DNA of 63,370 nucleotides, filler included, from Octopus bimaculoides (GCF_001194135.2; 4 parts of 4 records of this genome joined end to end with filler, not necessarily neighbours in it); one strand, 5' to 3'; counted from the whole stretch's first letter, positions 36,335 through 48,272 are shown. Notes: a model not told the origin generated them from the sequence alone. Numbers and translations are program-made.

Positions 36335-39190
36335 ATTTTTACAGGAAGATACGTAAAATATCAGTTACAATAAAGTCTGTTCCATCAATAGATGAAGTGC
36401 AAGAATTTTGGAGTAAAAAAAAACAATAAAAAGGTCCTTTGGATTGGAAGAATATCTACTAATTCATCCTCCTTAGAAGAGCAAAAATGTGTGTGTGTGT
36501 GTGTGTGGGGGGGTATCAAAGTAGAGGATTAAGATCTACTCTCAGGAATTCAAGTAAATGGAACTCTCCAGAAAAAGATAAAAATGTTTAACTTGTGGTT
36601 GAATGCTTTCTCAGAAAAGTCATGAACTGCTGACAAAACTTTACAACAATGTTTTGCAGCAGCCTAATATGACGCTCTCTTAGCTAGTTAATGATGTTAC
36701 ATTTCTACTTCCGAAAAATGAAGAAACAAATGAACCAAAAAATTACAGACCCATAATCTGCTTAACAACTACACTGACTTCGAATAGTGAGAACGAATCT
36801 TTGAATGCTGGGGATGTAAGAATTTCATGTGGCATTTTTCAGGATGACTCTCTATCACCATTTCTCTTTTGAAATTGCTCGATGAAGTACAATGCGTCTA
36901 TAAAATTTTTGATAAAACTATAAGCTACTAACATCTGTCTTGACTGAATACACTAATAACTTTTTAACAGAAAGTGGCATCTTCCCTTATGAACATAAAG
37001 GATGTAAGCGTGGGTTCTATGGTTGCAAAGATCAGCTTTTCATTAATGAGATGATTTTGGAAAATTGTCACAAACAACACAAGAACCTATCAATAGCCTG
37101 GATAGACTACAAAAAAATGCTTTTGATAGCCTACCACATAGCTATATTGAGAAGTATTTGGTAATTTATAAAATAACACCTACTCTATGGAACTGTTTAT
37201 CTACAAGTATGAGATCATGGAAAACTACACTGACTTCGAATAGTGAGAACGAAACTTTGAATGCTGGGGTTGTAAGAATTTCATGTGGCATTTTCCAGGA
37301 TGACTCTCTATCACCACTTCTCTTTTGAAATTGCTCGATGAAGTACAATGTGTCTATAAAATTTTTGATAAAACTATAAATCCTCTCTTTTACATGGATG
37401 ATTTAAAGCTCTTTGTAGAAAACGACCAGCAACTACAGGGCTTACTAGCAATTGTAAAACAGTTCAGTGATGACATCAGGAAATAATTTGGTCTTGATAA
37501 ATGTGCAAAAGCAACCTTTATCAGAGGGAAAACGATAGAAATATCCAACGTTAAACTTGACAAAAGAGAATGCTATAAAGGATTTAGAACCAGAGAGTTA
37601 CAAATATTTATGGTTTTTTGAAGGTGATAGAATCAAACATTTAATGATGAGGGAAATGATATAAAAAAATGTTATCGCAGGGTAAGGACAATATTCAAGA
37701 TAGAGCTAAACGCAAAAAACAAGATCAAAGTGACTAATACTTTAGTCATACCAGTTGTGACTTACAGTATCAATATTATTAACTGGTCAATTACCGAAAA
37801 CTGTAAGCTTGATTAGAAAAACATGAAAATTGCTAACAATGAATATAATGCACACCCTAAGGCAGATGTAGAACGAATTTACTTGCTAAGAAAAGAGGAT
37901 CACTGTGGACTCCTACAGCTTGAATTCACTCAAAAGATTGCCACAATTGGCCTAAACACTTACCTGAAAAACTTTGATGATTGGATGTTAAAACTTGTCT
38001 TAAAGCATGAAAACAAGAAAACCTCAAACTCAATAACAAAACAGGCAAGGAAATATCTAAGTGAATTTCAAATAAAATACATAAATCCCTGAATTAGACG
38101 TACTGGAAATAAGCACAGAAAAGTTAAGTGTACGAAAAACTTGCTAAAACTGCTGTCTTATTCTTACTGATAAATGGCAAGAAAAATCTCTCATTGGCAA
38201 ATACCCAAAGAGAGATAATAATGCAGATATTGACAAAGCCCTTACCCTTAGTGTCTTTTGGCTTAAAAATCAGATACAGAAGGGTTTGTCATAGTAGCCC
38301 AGGATCAATGCCTACCGATAAGAAGCTACCAGGCCAACATCTTAACAAACGGCAGTAGCCCAACATATCGTGTATGTAAACAACAAAATGAAACCATCGA
38401 TAATATAGTCTCCATGTACAACCTTTTTACGCCTACAATGTATCTCAACAAGACTGATAGAGTGGCACATATGTTCACTAGGTAATTTGAACCTGTCCCA
38501 TGATAAAAGCTGGTGGGAACACCAATCACCTCCAATGCTTGAAAATGATCACATCTCACTCTTATGGAACTTTACTGCTTAAACTGACAGAAAATAGATG
38601 CAAATTGCTAGACATTGTATTGAAAGATTCCAGACAAAAATCATGCCTCCCCATCGATATGACTGCCCCAACTGACATAAATGTGTCTGTCAAGATCTGT
38701 CAAAAACTGAGCAAGTATAAAGATCTTGAAGTAGAAATTGGCAAAATGTGAAACCTCAAGACTAAAATAATACCTGTTCTCATAGGTGCCCTAGGAATGA
38801 TAGAAAATGGGGCTGATTGTTATCTATCGCAGATACTAGGAAATAAAAAAAAATAGTGCTCAAGGGAACTGCTCATATCTTATAAGAAAATGTTGTCTAT
38901 GTAATTCCAAAAACATTTAAAGCTATAAACATTGTTAAAAGTACTTTTAAATGTATATAATAGCAAACACATTTTACTGTCATCTTAAGACCACACTATC
39001 ATCTTACCACCAAATTACTTTTAAAACAAACTTCTAATTTTCTTATGCTTTGACAGACATTCTCTAGAAGAGTACTCTGTGTAAAACTAAAAATATGGCA
39101 CCCTAGTCAACTGGAACTTCTAATTTGTCTCTTGAAGTCTCTGCGTGAGACTTAGAATCAACTTGTACAAATACAAAACAAAGGCTAAAA
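36335..39190 (+). mobile_element. Decayed R4/Dong-like element (family 3), RT to 3' UTR
   Basis: NYRPIICLTT; EHKGCKRGFYGCKDQL; IAWIDYKK; GIFQDDSLSPLLF; FYMDDLKLF; HPKADVERIYLLRKE; KLLDIVLKD..CLPIDMTAP..KLSKYKDLEVEI. Confidence 0.9.
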
Positions 39191-39191
39191 T

Positions 39192-40850
39192 ATCATCATC
39201 ATCATCATTTGACTTCCATTGTCCATGCTGGCATGAGTTGGACGGTTTGACCGGGCTGGCACACCGTAGGGCTGCACCAGACTCCAGTCTGATTTGGCAT
39301 GGTTTTCTACGGCTGGATGCCCCTAACGCCAACCACTCCGATAGTGCTATTATGTGCTACCGGCACGGGTGCCATTTGCATGACACCGGAGTGATTTTAT
39401 GTGCCACCGGCATGGGTGTAAATTTGCGTGACACCGGTATTTGCCACGACTACGATTTTGCTTGGCTTGATAGGTCTTCTTCTCAAGCACGACATAATGC
39501 CTAGGGTCTTAAACATTAACTACATGAAGCCCAACACTCGAAAGGGACTCAGTCACTTTGCCTCCGTGAGGCCCAACGCTCGAAAGGTGTTCTTTACCTG
39601 CCACCAGTACGGGTGCACTTGGTTTGACGGGTCCTCTCAAGTACAGCACACTGCCAAAGGTCTCGGTCAGCAGTCATTGCCTTTGTGAGGCTCAAAGTTC
39701 GAAGATTATGCTTTACCACCTAGTCCTATGTCTTCCTGGGTCTACCTCTACCACAGGTTCCCACCACAGTTAGAGATCAGTACTTCTTTACATAGCTGTC
39801 CTCATCCATAGGCATCACATGACCATACCAGTGAAGTCGTCTCTCTTGCATACCACATCTGATGCCGCTTATGCCTAACTCTTCTCTCAAGATGCCTACG
39901 CTCTGTCGAACATTCACACAGACATTGCGCATCCAGAGAAGCATACTGCCTTCATTTCTTTCAAGCCTACGCATGCCCTCGACTGCCACAGCGCATGTTT
40001 CACTGCCATGAAGCATACGTATTCGCACACAGGCATCAAACAATCTGCCCTTCATTCTGAGAGAGAGAGACCATTTGTTACCAGCAGGGATAGGAGCTCT
40101 CTGAATTTTGCCCAACCGAATCTTATTCTCACAGCTACGCTCTCAGAGCATTCACCTCCACTACTAACTTGGTCACTTAGATCATGGGAGCTATCTACTA
40201 CCTCTAGCTTGTTCCCTTGGCAGTTGATGGAGTCTATTTTCTGCACATTTCCAGCATTTATTGTATCTGTGCATCTTCCAGATACACAAGCTAGTTTCCC
40301 TGTTAACCTTCCTATGATATTGCTGCACCTTCTATGTGTCCAAAGCTTACACTGGGTGCGTCTTATTGCGTTTCTACCTACACCTTTTCTACAGATCGAG
40401 CAGGGTCATCTACCTGAATAGATTTGTGATTTGTCCGCCTTCCTGCTCACTAAGACTTTGTTTTTTTGCTAGGTTAACTCTAAGGTCTTTTGATTCTAGA
40501 ACTTGCTTCCACACCTGGAACTTCCTCTCTAGTTCAAGTAGTAATTCAACTACAAGAGCAAAGTCACGAGCATAGAGGAGCTCCCAGGGTCAGCCTGTCT
40601 TCAATTCCTGTTATTGCCTAGAGGACTATGATGAACAAGAGGGGGCTGAGCGCCGATCCTTGGTGAACCCCTACTCGTACCATGAATGCTTCGCTGTACT
40701 CATTGGCAGCCCTCACCTTACTGTCTTCATATGCTTAATTGCTTTATGTACGAGGGTAACTGCCGATTTGGGTAGCCGGTTCCTCAATTAGGTCAACATT
40801 TGGCAGACGCTCCTCCTCCCACTCATTCTCTACGGTCAATAGTCTAATAT
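39192..40850 (-). mobile_element. RTE-clade LINE, 5'-truncated and internally deleted, with a (GAT)n tail
   Basis: RLLTVENEWEEE; PWELLYARD (degenerate YADD); KTKVL; PCSICRKGVGRN..WTHRRC; EVVD..GWAKFRELL; KGRLFDACVR..LHGSET; RRLHWYGHV. The tail is TCATCATCATCAT on the plus strand at 39192-39207. Confidence 0.9.
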
Positions 40851-40864
40851 ACCGGATGTAGTTG

Positions 40865-41262
40865 TTAGAGATCACCAAGAAAAAGATGCCTTCTAATCGA
40901 TGTATCAATACTAACAGATGACAATGTATCTCTAAAAGAAATGGAGAAACTCTCAAAATAGAAAGATGTGGAGATAGAGGTAACTTGAATGCGGAGCCTA
41001 AAAACAGAAATAATTTTTATAATAGTAAGAGCATTAGGTATGATAAAAAAAGACATTCAGACAAATATGTAACCAAAACACAAGGACTTACAAATATATA
41101 TAACATACAGGAAATAGCACTACTAGGCACCGCGCACATTCTACGTAAAGCACTTTCAATATAGTGAAAATAAGTGCACCACAACAAACTGCAGCACATA
41201 TCCGAGACATACAGAGCTGTGCTTGGCAGTGCGGTGAAAGCAAGTAATAAAAATAAAACTGA
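40865..41262 (+). mobile_element. Diverged family-1 R4-like 3' fragment
   Basis: DHQEKRCLLIDVSI..DDNVSLKEMEKLSK; the 3' UTR is a diverged copy of 35655-35750; followed by (AAT/AAC)n. Confidence 0.8.
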
Positions 41263-41339
41263 ATAATAACAACAACAACAATGATAATAATAATAATGAT
41301 AATAACCACCAATCTGCAGTGGTTCAGTAAAGATGCAGG

Positions 41340-42322
41340 TTGATGACTGTTGTTGTTATCTTAAGACAACGTCAGTAGATAATAGAGTAAGGAAGAGGAA
41401 GTGGACCAGTGAAGAAAACAAGATAGTAATGCAGTGCTACTTAGAAACTGAACCTAAACGAAAGGGTTATAGAAAAGAGGGAAGGAGTAGAGAAGGATAT
41501 GTTTAGAGCGACTGAGTAGAGACTAGTAGATCAAGCTATTAGAAGAAAGTGGATGACAGAATTGAAGGTGGAAGAGATCACTAGAGAACTGGAAAAGAAA
41601 GACCAAGCAGTAGGACAGACAAACAACATAAGAACTACTGCTCAAACCAAAGAAGAACCTAAAGGAAAAAATAATAATAGCACTACCAATAAGGAAGGGT
41701 CATAAGATTTTGGAAGTTCTGAAGATGAGAAACCTAATGCAGAAGAACCTAGAAAGTTCTGGAGCAAAATTTGGGATAATCCAGTGAATCATAATGGAGA
41801 TGCAGTATGGTTAAAGAAAGTGCGGGAAGAAGTAGTGAATGAAAAACAGCCACATCTAAGACTAACTAGTTCCTTAATGAGTAAAGTGTTTGGGAAAATG
41901 CCGAATCGGAAGAGCCCAAGACCAGATTCAGTTCAAGGGTACTGGTTAAAGAAATTCAGTACCTTACATGGGAGGCTGAGGGAATAACTTCATGATTGCC
42001 TTAATGAAGGAATAATACCAGATTGGATTACTAAAGGGAGAACAGTACTCCTTATGAAAGACAAAAGCAACTGTAATACAGCTATCAATGAATAGACCAA
42101 TCACTTGCTTACCATTAGTGTGGAAGCTGTTAACAGGAATGCTTTTAGAAAGCATTTACGTGCGCCTTGACAGCCATAGTCCATTACACACAGACAAAGT
42201 AGTTCTAGATGAAGTAAAATCTAGAAAGAAAAATCTAACAATATCATGGATAGATTATAAGAAAGCCTTTGACTTAATCCCGCACTCATGGATAAGTGAA
42301 TGTTTGAGTATATTCAGTGTAG
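41340..42322 (+). mobile_element. 5' half of an R4-like element with internal deletions, cut by a SINE
   Basis: RKWTSEENKIVMQCYLETEPKRKGYRK; KFWSKIWDNP; KSPRPDSVQGYWLKKF; RPITCLPLVWKLLTG; SWIDYKKAFDLIPHSW. Confidence 0.85.
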
Positions 42323-42625
42323 TGGAGGCGCAATGGCCCAGTGGTTAGGGCTGCGGACGCGCGGTCATAGGATCACGGTTTCGATTCCCAGACCGGGCGC
42401 TGTGAGTGTTTATTGAGCGAAAACACTAAAAAGCTCCACGAGGCTCCGGCAGGGAATGGTGGTGAACCCTGCCGTACTCTTCCACCACAACTTTCTCTCA
42501 CTCTTACTTTCTGTTTCTGTTGTGCCTGTAATTCAAAGGGTCAGCCTTGTCACACTGTGTCACGCTGAATATGCCCGAGAACTACGTTAATGGTACACGT
42601 GTCAGTGGAGTGCTCAGTCACTTGC
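42323..42625 (+). mobile_element. Type C tRNA-derived SINE
   Basis: GGAGGCGCAATGGCCCAGTGGTTAGGGC..GGTTTCGATTCCCAGACCGG (clear A and B boxes); same head at 57382 and 57607. Confidence 0.85.
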
Positions 42626-43029
42626 ACGTTAATTTTATGTGTGTGTGTTTGTGTGTCCGTGTTTGTCCCCCCACCATCGCTTGACAACCGATGCTGGTGT
42701 GTTTACGTCCCCGTAGCGGTTCGGCAAAAAGAGACCGATAAAATAAGTACTAGGCTTACAAAGAATAAGTCCTGGGGTCTATTTTCTCGACTAAAGGCTA
42801 TGCTCCAGCATGGCCGTAGTCAAATGACTGAAACAAGTAAGAGAGTAAAAAGAGTAAAGAGTATCTCACTATATAATTTATATAAATAAATATATATGAA
42901 TGTAATAAGTTATATTAGATATTTATAGCAACAGATTCCCATTAACAATTAAATTTAAAAAATAATAATTTACAAAATAAAAAATAATTTATTCTATATG
43001 ACAATCACTTCTCTGTTATATCCTCTGTG

Positions 43030-43070
<41 letters not shown>

Positions 43071-43429
43071 GCGCTTGCACACAAACACACACACACACAC
43101 ACACATACACGCACGCACACACATACCCTCTTTCTCAATCATACATACGTACACACTTGTGTGGGCACATACGTGCATACAAATAGAATATATACACACT
43201 TATGCTTTCACATGTGTAAAATAAACATGTACTTGCAAAACAACTTTTCAAATAACCTGTGAATGGTAAATCTGGGACTTTTGGCAATACACATTCTTTT
43301 GATTTCTTAGAATGCTTTTGGAATCCCAAATTAAAACTGATTTTTAAAAAAAAATTGTGAAGACAAGAATGAAAAAGTAAAAAATTTGAAGAAGCGAAAA
43401 TTTTCACTGAAATATTCTTTTCTACTCTA

Positions 43430-43630
43430 GGAACAAGGCCCGAAATTTTGGGTGAGGTGAGTAGTCGATTAGATCGACCCAGCACGCAACTGGTACCTAA
43501 TTTAACGACCCCAACAAATTGAAACGAAAAGTCGACCTTGACGGAATTTGAACTCAGAACGTACAGACAGACGAAGTACCACTAAGTATTTCGCCTGGCG
43601 TGCTAACGATTCTATCAGCTCGCCTCCTTT
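43430..43630 (-). mobile_element. Type A SINE
   Basis: Reverse complement of the head GGCGAGCTGATAGAATCGTTAGCACGCC and the body. Confidence 0.8.
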
Positions 43631-44371
43631 TTTTAATTGAACTATTATCTGAACAAAGGTTGCAAAAGATTTGAGAAGGGGTGGGGAAATGAATTTTCTA
43701 TAGATCAGCAGCACAATCTTCCATAGCCATACCCTCCCCTTTCTACTATTACATAACTCTTTGTTTTCTTCTTCATTTTTCCTCTCCCTCGTGTTCATGG
43801 TCATCGTCGTCATCATTATTGTCACCGGAAATATACCGTTATGCATTAATAGTTAAATCCAGCACTAGCTGTGACAGGCAAGGAAGCTACGTCAAGTAGT
43901 AAAACAGCAAAATCCAGTAAAGGCAGTGGTGATCTGCTTCAGTATCAAATAGTTGTCATTACTTTTGACTCCATAATATAAACCAGAAATTGAAAGATGT
44001 GGTCGAGGGAAGTGGGTAAATCTATAGTTTTATTAGATTTAGTAGGAAGTCAGCTAAATGAGGGAGGAGTGTCACGAACGGAGTTAGCAGGTTTTGAAAA
44101 GAATGTTGAGATCCACGAAAATCAAGTACAGCTGAATTGCACTGTCATAGTGCATGTCGAGGATGGAACCTACAAATGTTGGTGAGGTTCGAAAAGAAAA
44201 TAATGTCAGGATTTTAGTTTTTAAAAATTGCTAAACTTTACATGTGCTCCTGTAATGGCGAATTTACGGAGTGAATCCTAAAATTAGTGACCATAATTAG
44301 CAACTTGAGTATGTGGAATTCTGCAACCAGATGTAACACGAGCGAAACCTTCATATACATTTGTGTACATA

Positions 44372-44415
<44 letters not shown>

Positions 44416-44491
44416 CGCGTGTGTGTATGCGTGCGTGTATATATATGTGTGCATATTTGTATATATGTGTGAATTTGTTTGTGTATATAAA

Positions 44492-44720
44492 GGTGGCGAG
44501 CTGGCAGAATCGTTAGCACGCCTGGCGATCTGCCTTGTGGTATTTCGTCTGCCGTTACGTACTGAATTGAAATTCTGCCGAGGTCGACTTTGCCCTTCAT
44601 CCTTTCGTGGTCGATTAAATAAGTACCAGTAATGTACTAGGGTCGATGTAATCGACTTAATCCCTTTTCTACACTGTTTGTCCCCTCTATGTTTAGCTCG
44701 CTGTGGGGAATAAAAAATAT
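44492..44720 (+). mobile_element. Type A SINE
   Basis: GGTGGCGAGCTGGCAGAATCGTTAGCACG..GCCGAGGTCGACTTTGCC; closely matches 23976-24210. Confidence 0.85.
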
Positions 44721-44820
44721 ATATGTAGCCAGTAGAGTCTAAAGAAACGTTGTAAAGCTAGGAGCTTTATGGTCGTGAAACCCAGGATGAGCACATAAAC
44801 TAGACTTAGCTATCTTTATC

Positions 44821-44853
<33 letters not shown>

Positions 44854-45269
44854 NNNNNNNNNNNNNNNNNNNNNNNNNNNNNNNNNNNNNNNNNNNNNNN
44901 NNNNNNNNNNNNNNNNNNNNNNNNNNNNNNNNNNNNNNNNNNNNNNNNNNNNNNNNNTATATATCAGGTCAATAAGAATGAAATGTCCGAATTTGAACTG
45001 AAAGTTTATTTTATTTTATCTCAACAAAAGCAATGCTGTTAATCAAAGTATGCACCTAAATTATCAACACAATTTTGCCATTTTATCGCTAGCTTATTTA
45101 TGCCGGTAGCGAAGAATTCAGGAGAGTAAGAGGTGATAAAATCATGAAAGGCTGGTTTTAGATCTTCAGATTTAAAGATTTTTTTTTCCTACCAAAAGTT
45201 TGTCTAATGCTGGAAAACTTGATAGTAAGTTGGTGCAAGGTCATGATTCAAGTGCATCTAAATACCATT

Positions 45270-45464
45270 AGTATTTGCAAAGAGAAGTTATCCTTCCCAT
45301 CTCCAGCCCGACGTGATACACATGGATCCGAGTTTCTGGATAGTGATCCGTCATCAGCATGTGACGGCTTTTTCGAGAAAAGTATACATATATATTTGCA
45401 TTGGGAACCACTTCACATCGCCAGCCGGTGGAGATGGGAAGGATGACTTCCCTTTGCAAATACT
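45270..45464. repeat. 36-bp inverted repeats (34/36 match) enclosing a ~123-nt loop
   Basis: AGTATTTGCAAAGAGAAGTTATCCTTCCCATCTCCA (45270-45305) versus TGGAGATGGGAAGGATGACTTCCCTTTGCAAATACT (45429-45464). Confidence 0.9.
45319..45363 (-). ncRNA. Near-canonical minimal type-I hammerhead ribozyme motif
   Basis: CACAUG CUGAUGA CGGAU CACU AUCCA GAAAC UCGG AUC CAUGUG: perfect 6-bp stem I, 4-bp stem II with a C.A closing mismatch, AUC triplet, imperfect stem III. Confidence 0.6.
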
Positions 45465-45933
45465 GATAGGGCACAGAAAGTGTGTCAATAACCACCTGGA
45501 GATGTCTTCCCGGGGCTACAAGCTACAGTAGCATCAAACTTTAAGTGTTAGCCACATTTAGGTGGCAAATATACTTCACGATGTCGTGCAGGTACTGTTT
45601 ATACCTCGCTCAGAGATTTATTATTATTATTATCATTATTATATATATATATANNNNNNNNNNNNNNNNNNNNNNNNNNNNNNNNNNNNNNNNNNNNTTA
45701 ATTAATTAANNNNNNNNNNNNNNNNNNNNNNNNNNNNNNNNNNNNNNNNNNNNGAAAAAAAAAAACATATATTCCAATACTATTTTAAAGTTGCTAATCA
45801 TTATTTTTAAATCATCGAAATTAATTAACCATTGTCGCATTATTTTCATCCTATTATTCTTACGTTACTATCATTACCACTATTATTTTCCGTATTATTC
45901 TTATTCCTGTTTTATCAGTGTTTTTACCATTAC

Positions 45934-46003
<70 letters not shown>

Positions 46004-46009
46004 CTTCTC

Positions 46010-46370
46010 GGAGGTCTTGGTCTTATTTGCTCTGGTTGATTCTGTGAGAGCGGACAGCAACCTGTTACCAGAGGTCTCACAAGGTCTCTTTCCGCGAATT
46101 ACGTATTAGCTTTAGTACTTGGATGTTAACGTATCGTTGATATCCAACCACCAATCTCAAAATCCTAGCTGTCCCTAGTAGAGCAGTTTTGGGGGTCAGC
46201 TCTACCCTTATGTCAATTCCAATTTCTCCGATATATCCCTCGAACTTGGTCGTTAGTGCTCCGTGTGCCCCTACAACTACTGGGATATCAGTTACTCTCT
46301 TCATTGCCCACATTTTTGCAATTTCATCGTTCAGTAGTCTGCGTTTTTCCATTTTTTCGAGCTCTTTGTC
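46010..46370 (-). mobile_element. Short 3' fragment of an R4-like RLE element bounded by (AAT)n on both sides
   Basis: EIAKMWAMKRVTDIPVVVGAHGALTTKFEGYIGEIGI..KTALLGTARILR; (ATT)n on the plus strand at ~45930-46000 and ~46372-46394. Confidence 0.8.
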
Positions 46371-46394
46371 ATATTATTATTATTATTATTATTA

Positions 46395-46861
46395 CTATAT
46401 GTTTGACTTTTGATTTGTATTTGTACAAGTTGATTCCAAGTCTCACCTAGAGACCTCAAGAGACAACGAGTTAGAAGTTCAAGTTGGTGTTATGACTAGG
46501 GTTTCATATATTTCGTTTTGCACAAAGTATTGTTCTAGAGAATGTCTAAGAAAACATAAGAAAATTATAAGTTTGTTTTAAAATTTGGGATTACATAAAC
46601 AGTATTTTACGTAGGATATGGACAGTCCCCATGAGCACTATCTTTTTAATTTCTTCCATTTTTAGATTTCCTAGTATCTGAGCTAGGTAGCAATCAGCTC
46701 CTTTTGTAATCATTCCCAGGTTTTGCTAGATCTTAACAGATACACTTATGTCGATTGGGACAGTCATATCGATGAGGAGGCATGATTTTTGTCTGAAGTC
46801 CTTCAACATATTATATTCGCACCTATCTTTCTGTCAGTTTGAACAGTGAAGTTCCAGAGGA

Positions 46862-46862
<1 letters not shown>
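46395..46862 (-). mobile_element. Family-3 R4-like 3' fragment bounded by (AAT)n on both sides
   Basis: Reverse complement matches 38620-39185 (CLLIDMTVP; 3' UTR GTCTCTTGA.GTCTCT..GAGACTT.GAATCAACTTGTACAAATACAAA). Confidence 0.85.
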
Positions 46863-46940
<78 letters not shown>

Positions 46941-47585
46941 GAATACTTTAGCGACAACGTTTTCTTTGCTTTTTCGTATCNNNNNNNNNNNNNNNNNNNN
47001 NNNNNNNNNNNNNNNNNNNNNNNNNNNNNNNNNNNNNNNNNNNNNNNNNNNNNNNNNNNNNNNNNNNNNNNNNNNNNNNNNNNNNNNNNNNNNNNNNNNN
47101 NNNNNNNNNNNNNNNNNNNNNNNNNNNNNNNNNNNNNNNNNNNNNNNNNNNNNNNNNNNNNNNNNNNNNNNNNNNNNNNNNNNNNNNNNNNNNNNNNNNN
47201 NNNNNNNNNNNNNNNNNNNNNNNNNNNNNNNNNNNNNNNNNNNNNNNNNNNNNNNNNNNNNNNNNNNNNNNNNNNNNNNNNNNNNNNNNNNNNNNNNNNN
47301 NNNNNNNNNNNNNNNNNNNNNNNNNNNNNNNNNNNNNNNNNNNNNNNNNNNNNNNNNNNNNNNNNNNNNNNNNNNNNNNNNNNNNNNNNNNNNNNNNNNN
47401 NNNNNNNNNNNNNNNNNNNNNNNNNNNNNNNNNNNNNNNNNNNNNNNNNNNNNNNNNNNNNNNNNNNNNNNNNNNNNNNNNNNNNNNNNNNNNNNNNNNN
47501 NNNNNNNNNNNNNNNNNNNNNNNNNNNNNNNNNNNATATATTATGGCATATACCAATATACATATGCATACTCCATATATAGTAT

Positions 47586-47622
<37 letters not shown>

Positions 47623-48201
47623 ATATATGCGGTTGCCAGTGGAGGGACAGTTTCCAAGAGGAAATCTTACGAAAATGATAGCTTGTAGACGATTATTATA
47701 AAACCGGGGTCAGCTTTGCCATTTATACTTCAGAGATCGATAAAATAAAATACCAGTAAAATACTGGAGTAGATTCATACTACTGTAGCTTTCCCCGCTA
47801 AATCGGATTTTACCGGGATCAATAAAATAAGTACCAGTTGCGTATTGGGGACGATGGCATCAACTGTCCCCCTTCCTCAAAAAATTCAGGCGTTATGTTT
47901 TCAGAAGAAAAGGTTATTACAACGATTTTTATAAAAATTCCAAATCTAAGTCTAAAAATTCCAAATCAAATTTAAAATACGGGTTTATTCTTTTGTTTTG
48001 TTTTGTTTTTTGCTTAAGTTTACAATTATTCATGAAGAGAAGAGCAGTGCTCTCTGGACATTTATTTTCTTTGTAACTATACTAAATAAATTACCTTACT
48101 TTTTTATGAAATTTCCATTCCATTCGTATTTTACCATTCTAATTTAAGAGAGAAAACAACTTTTGAATGTATTCCAACAGAAGGAATAATGGTTACTTAA
48201 C

Positions 48202-48272
48202 TTGGTGAAGTATGTAGTCAATTGAACTGGTCATATCTAAATAGTCTGTACACATGTTGTCAGTGGCATTTA
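48202..48272 (-). CDS. Candidate 71-nt coding exon of an unidentified gene
   Basis: Acceptor TTGTTTTTTTTTGTATATCCCTTAG; open frame NATDNMCTDYLDMTSSIDYILHQ; donor GTTAAG (or GTAACC 5 nt further). No recognised homology. Confidence 0.25.

Noticed and set aside
42323-42395. tRNA genes at SINE heads (also 57382, 57607, 50564)
   Set aside because: A and B boxes are present, but there is no complete cloverleaf or acceptor stem and they run into SINE bodies.
43997-44185. 62-aa ORF or exon candidate
   Set aside because: The minus strand reads QLYLIFVDL, an RT motif-like remnant; no independent support as a gene.
45540-45615. GCCAC/GTGGC hairpin followed by CTAA as an HDV-like ribozyme
   Set aside because: P1, P1.1 and P2 cannot be placed in the required order.
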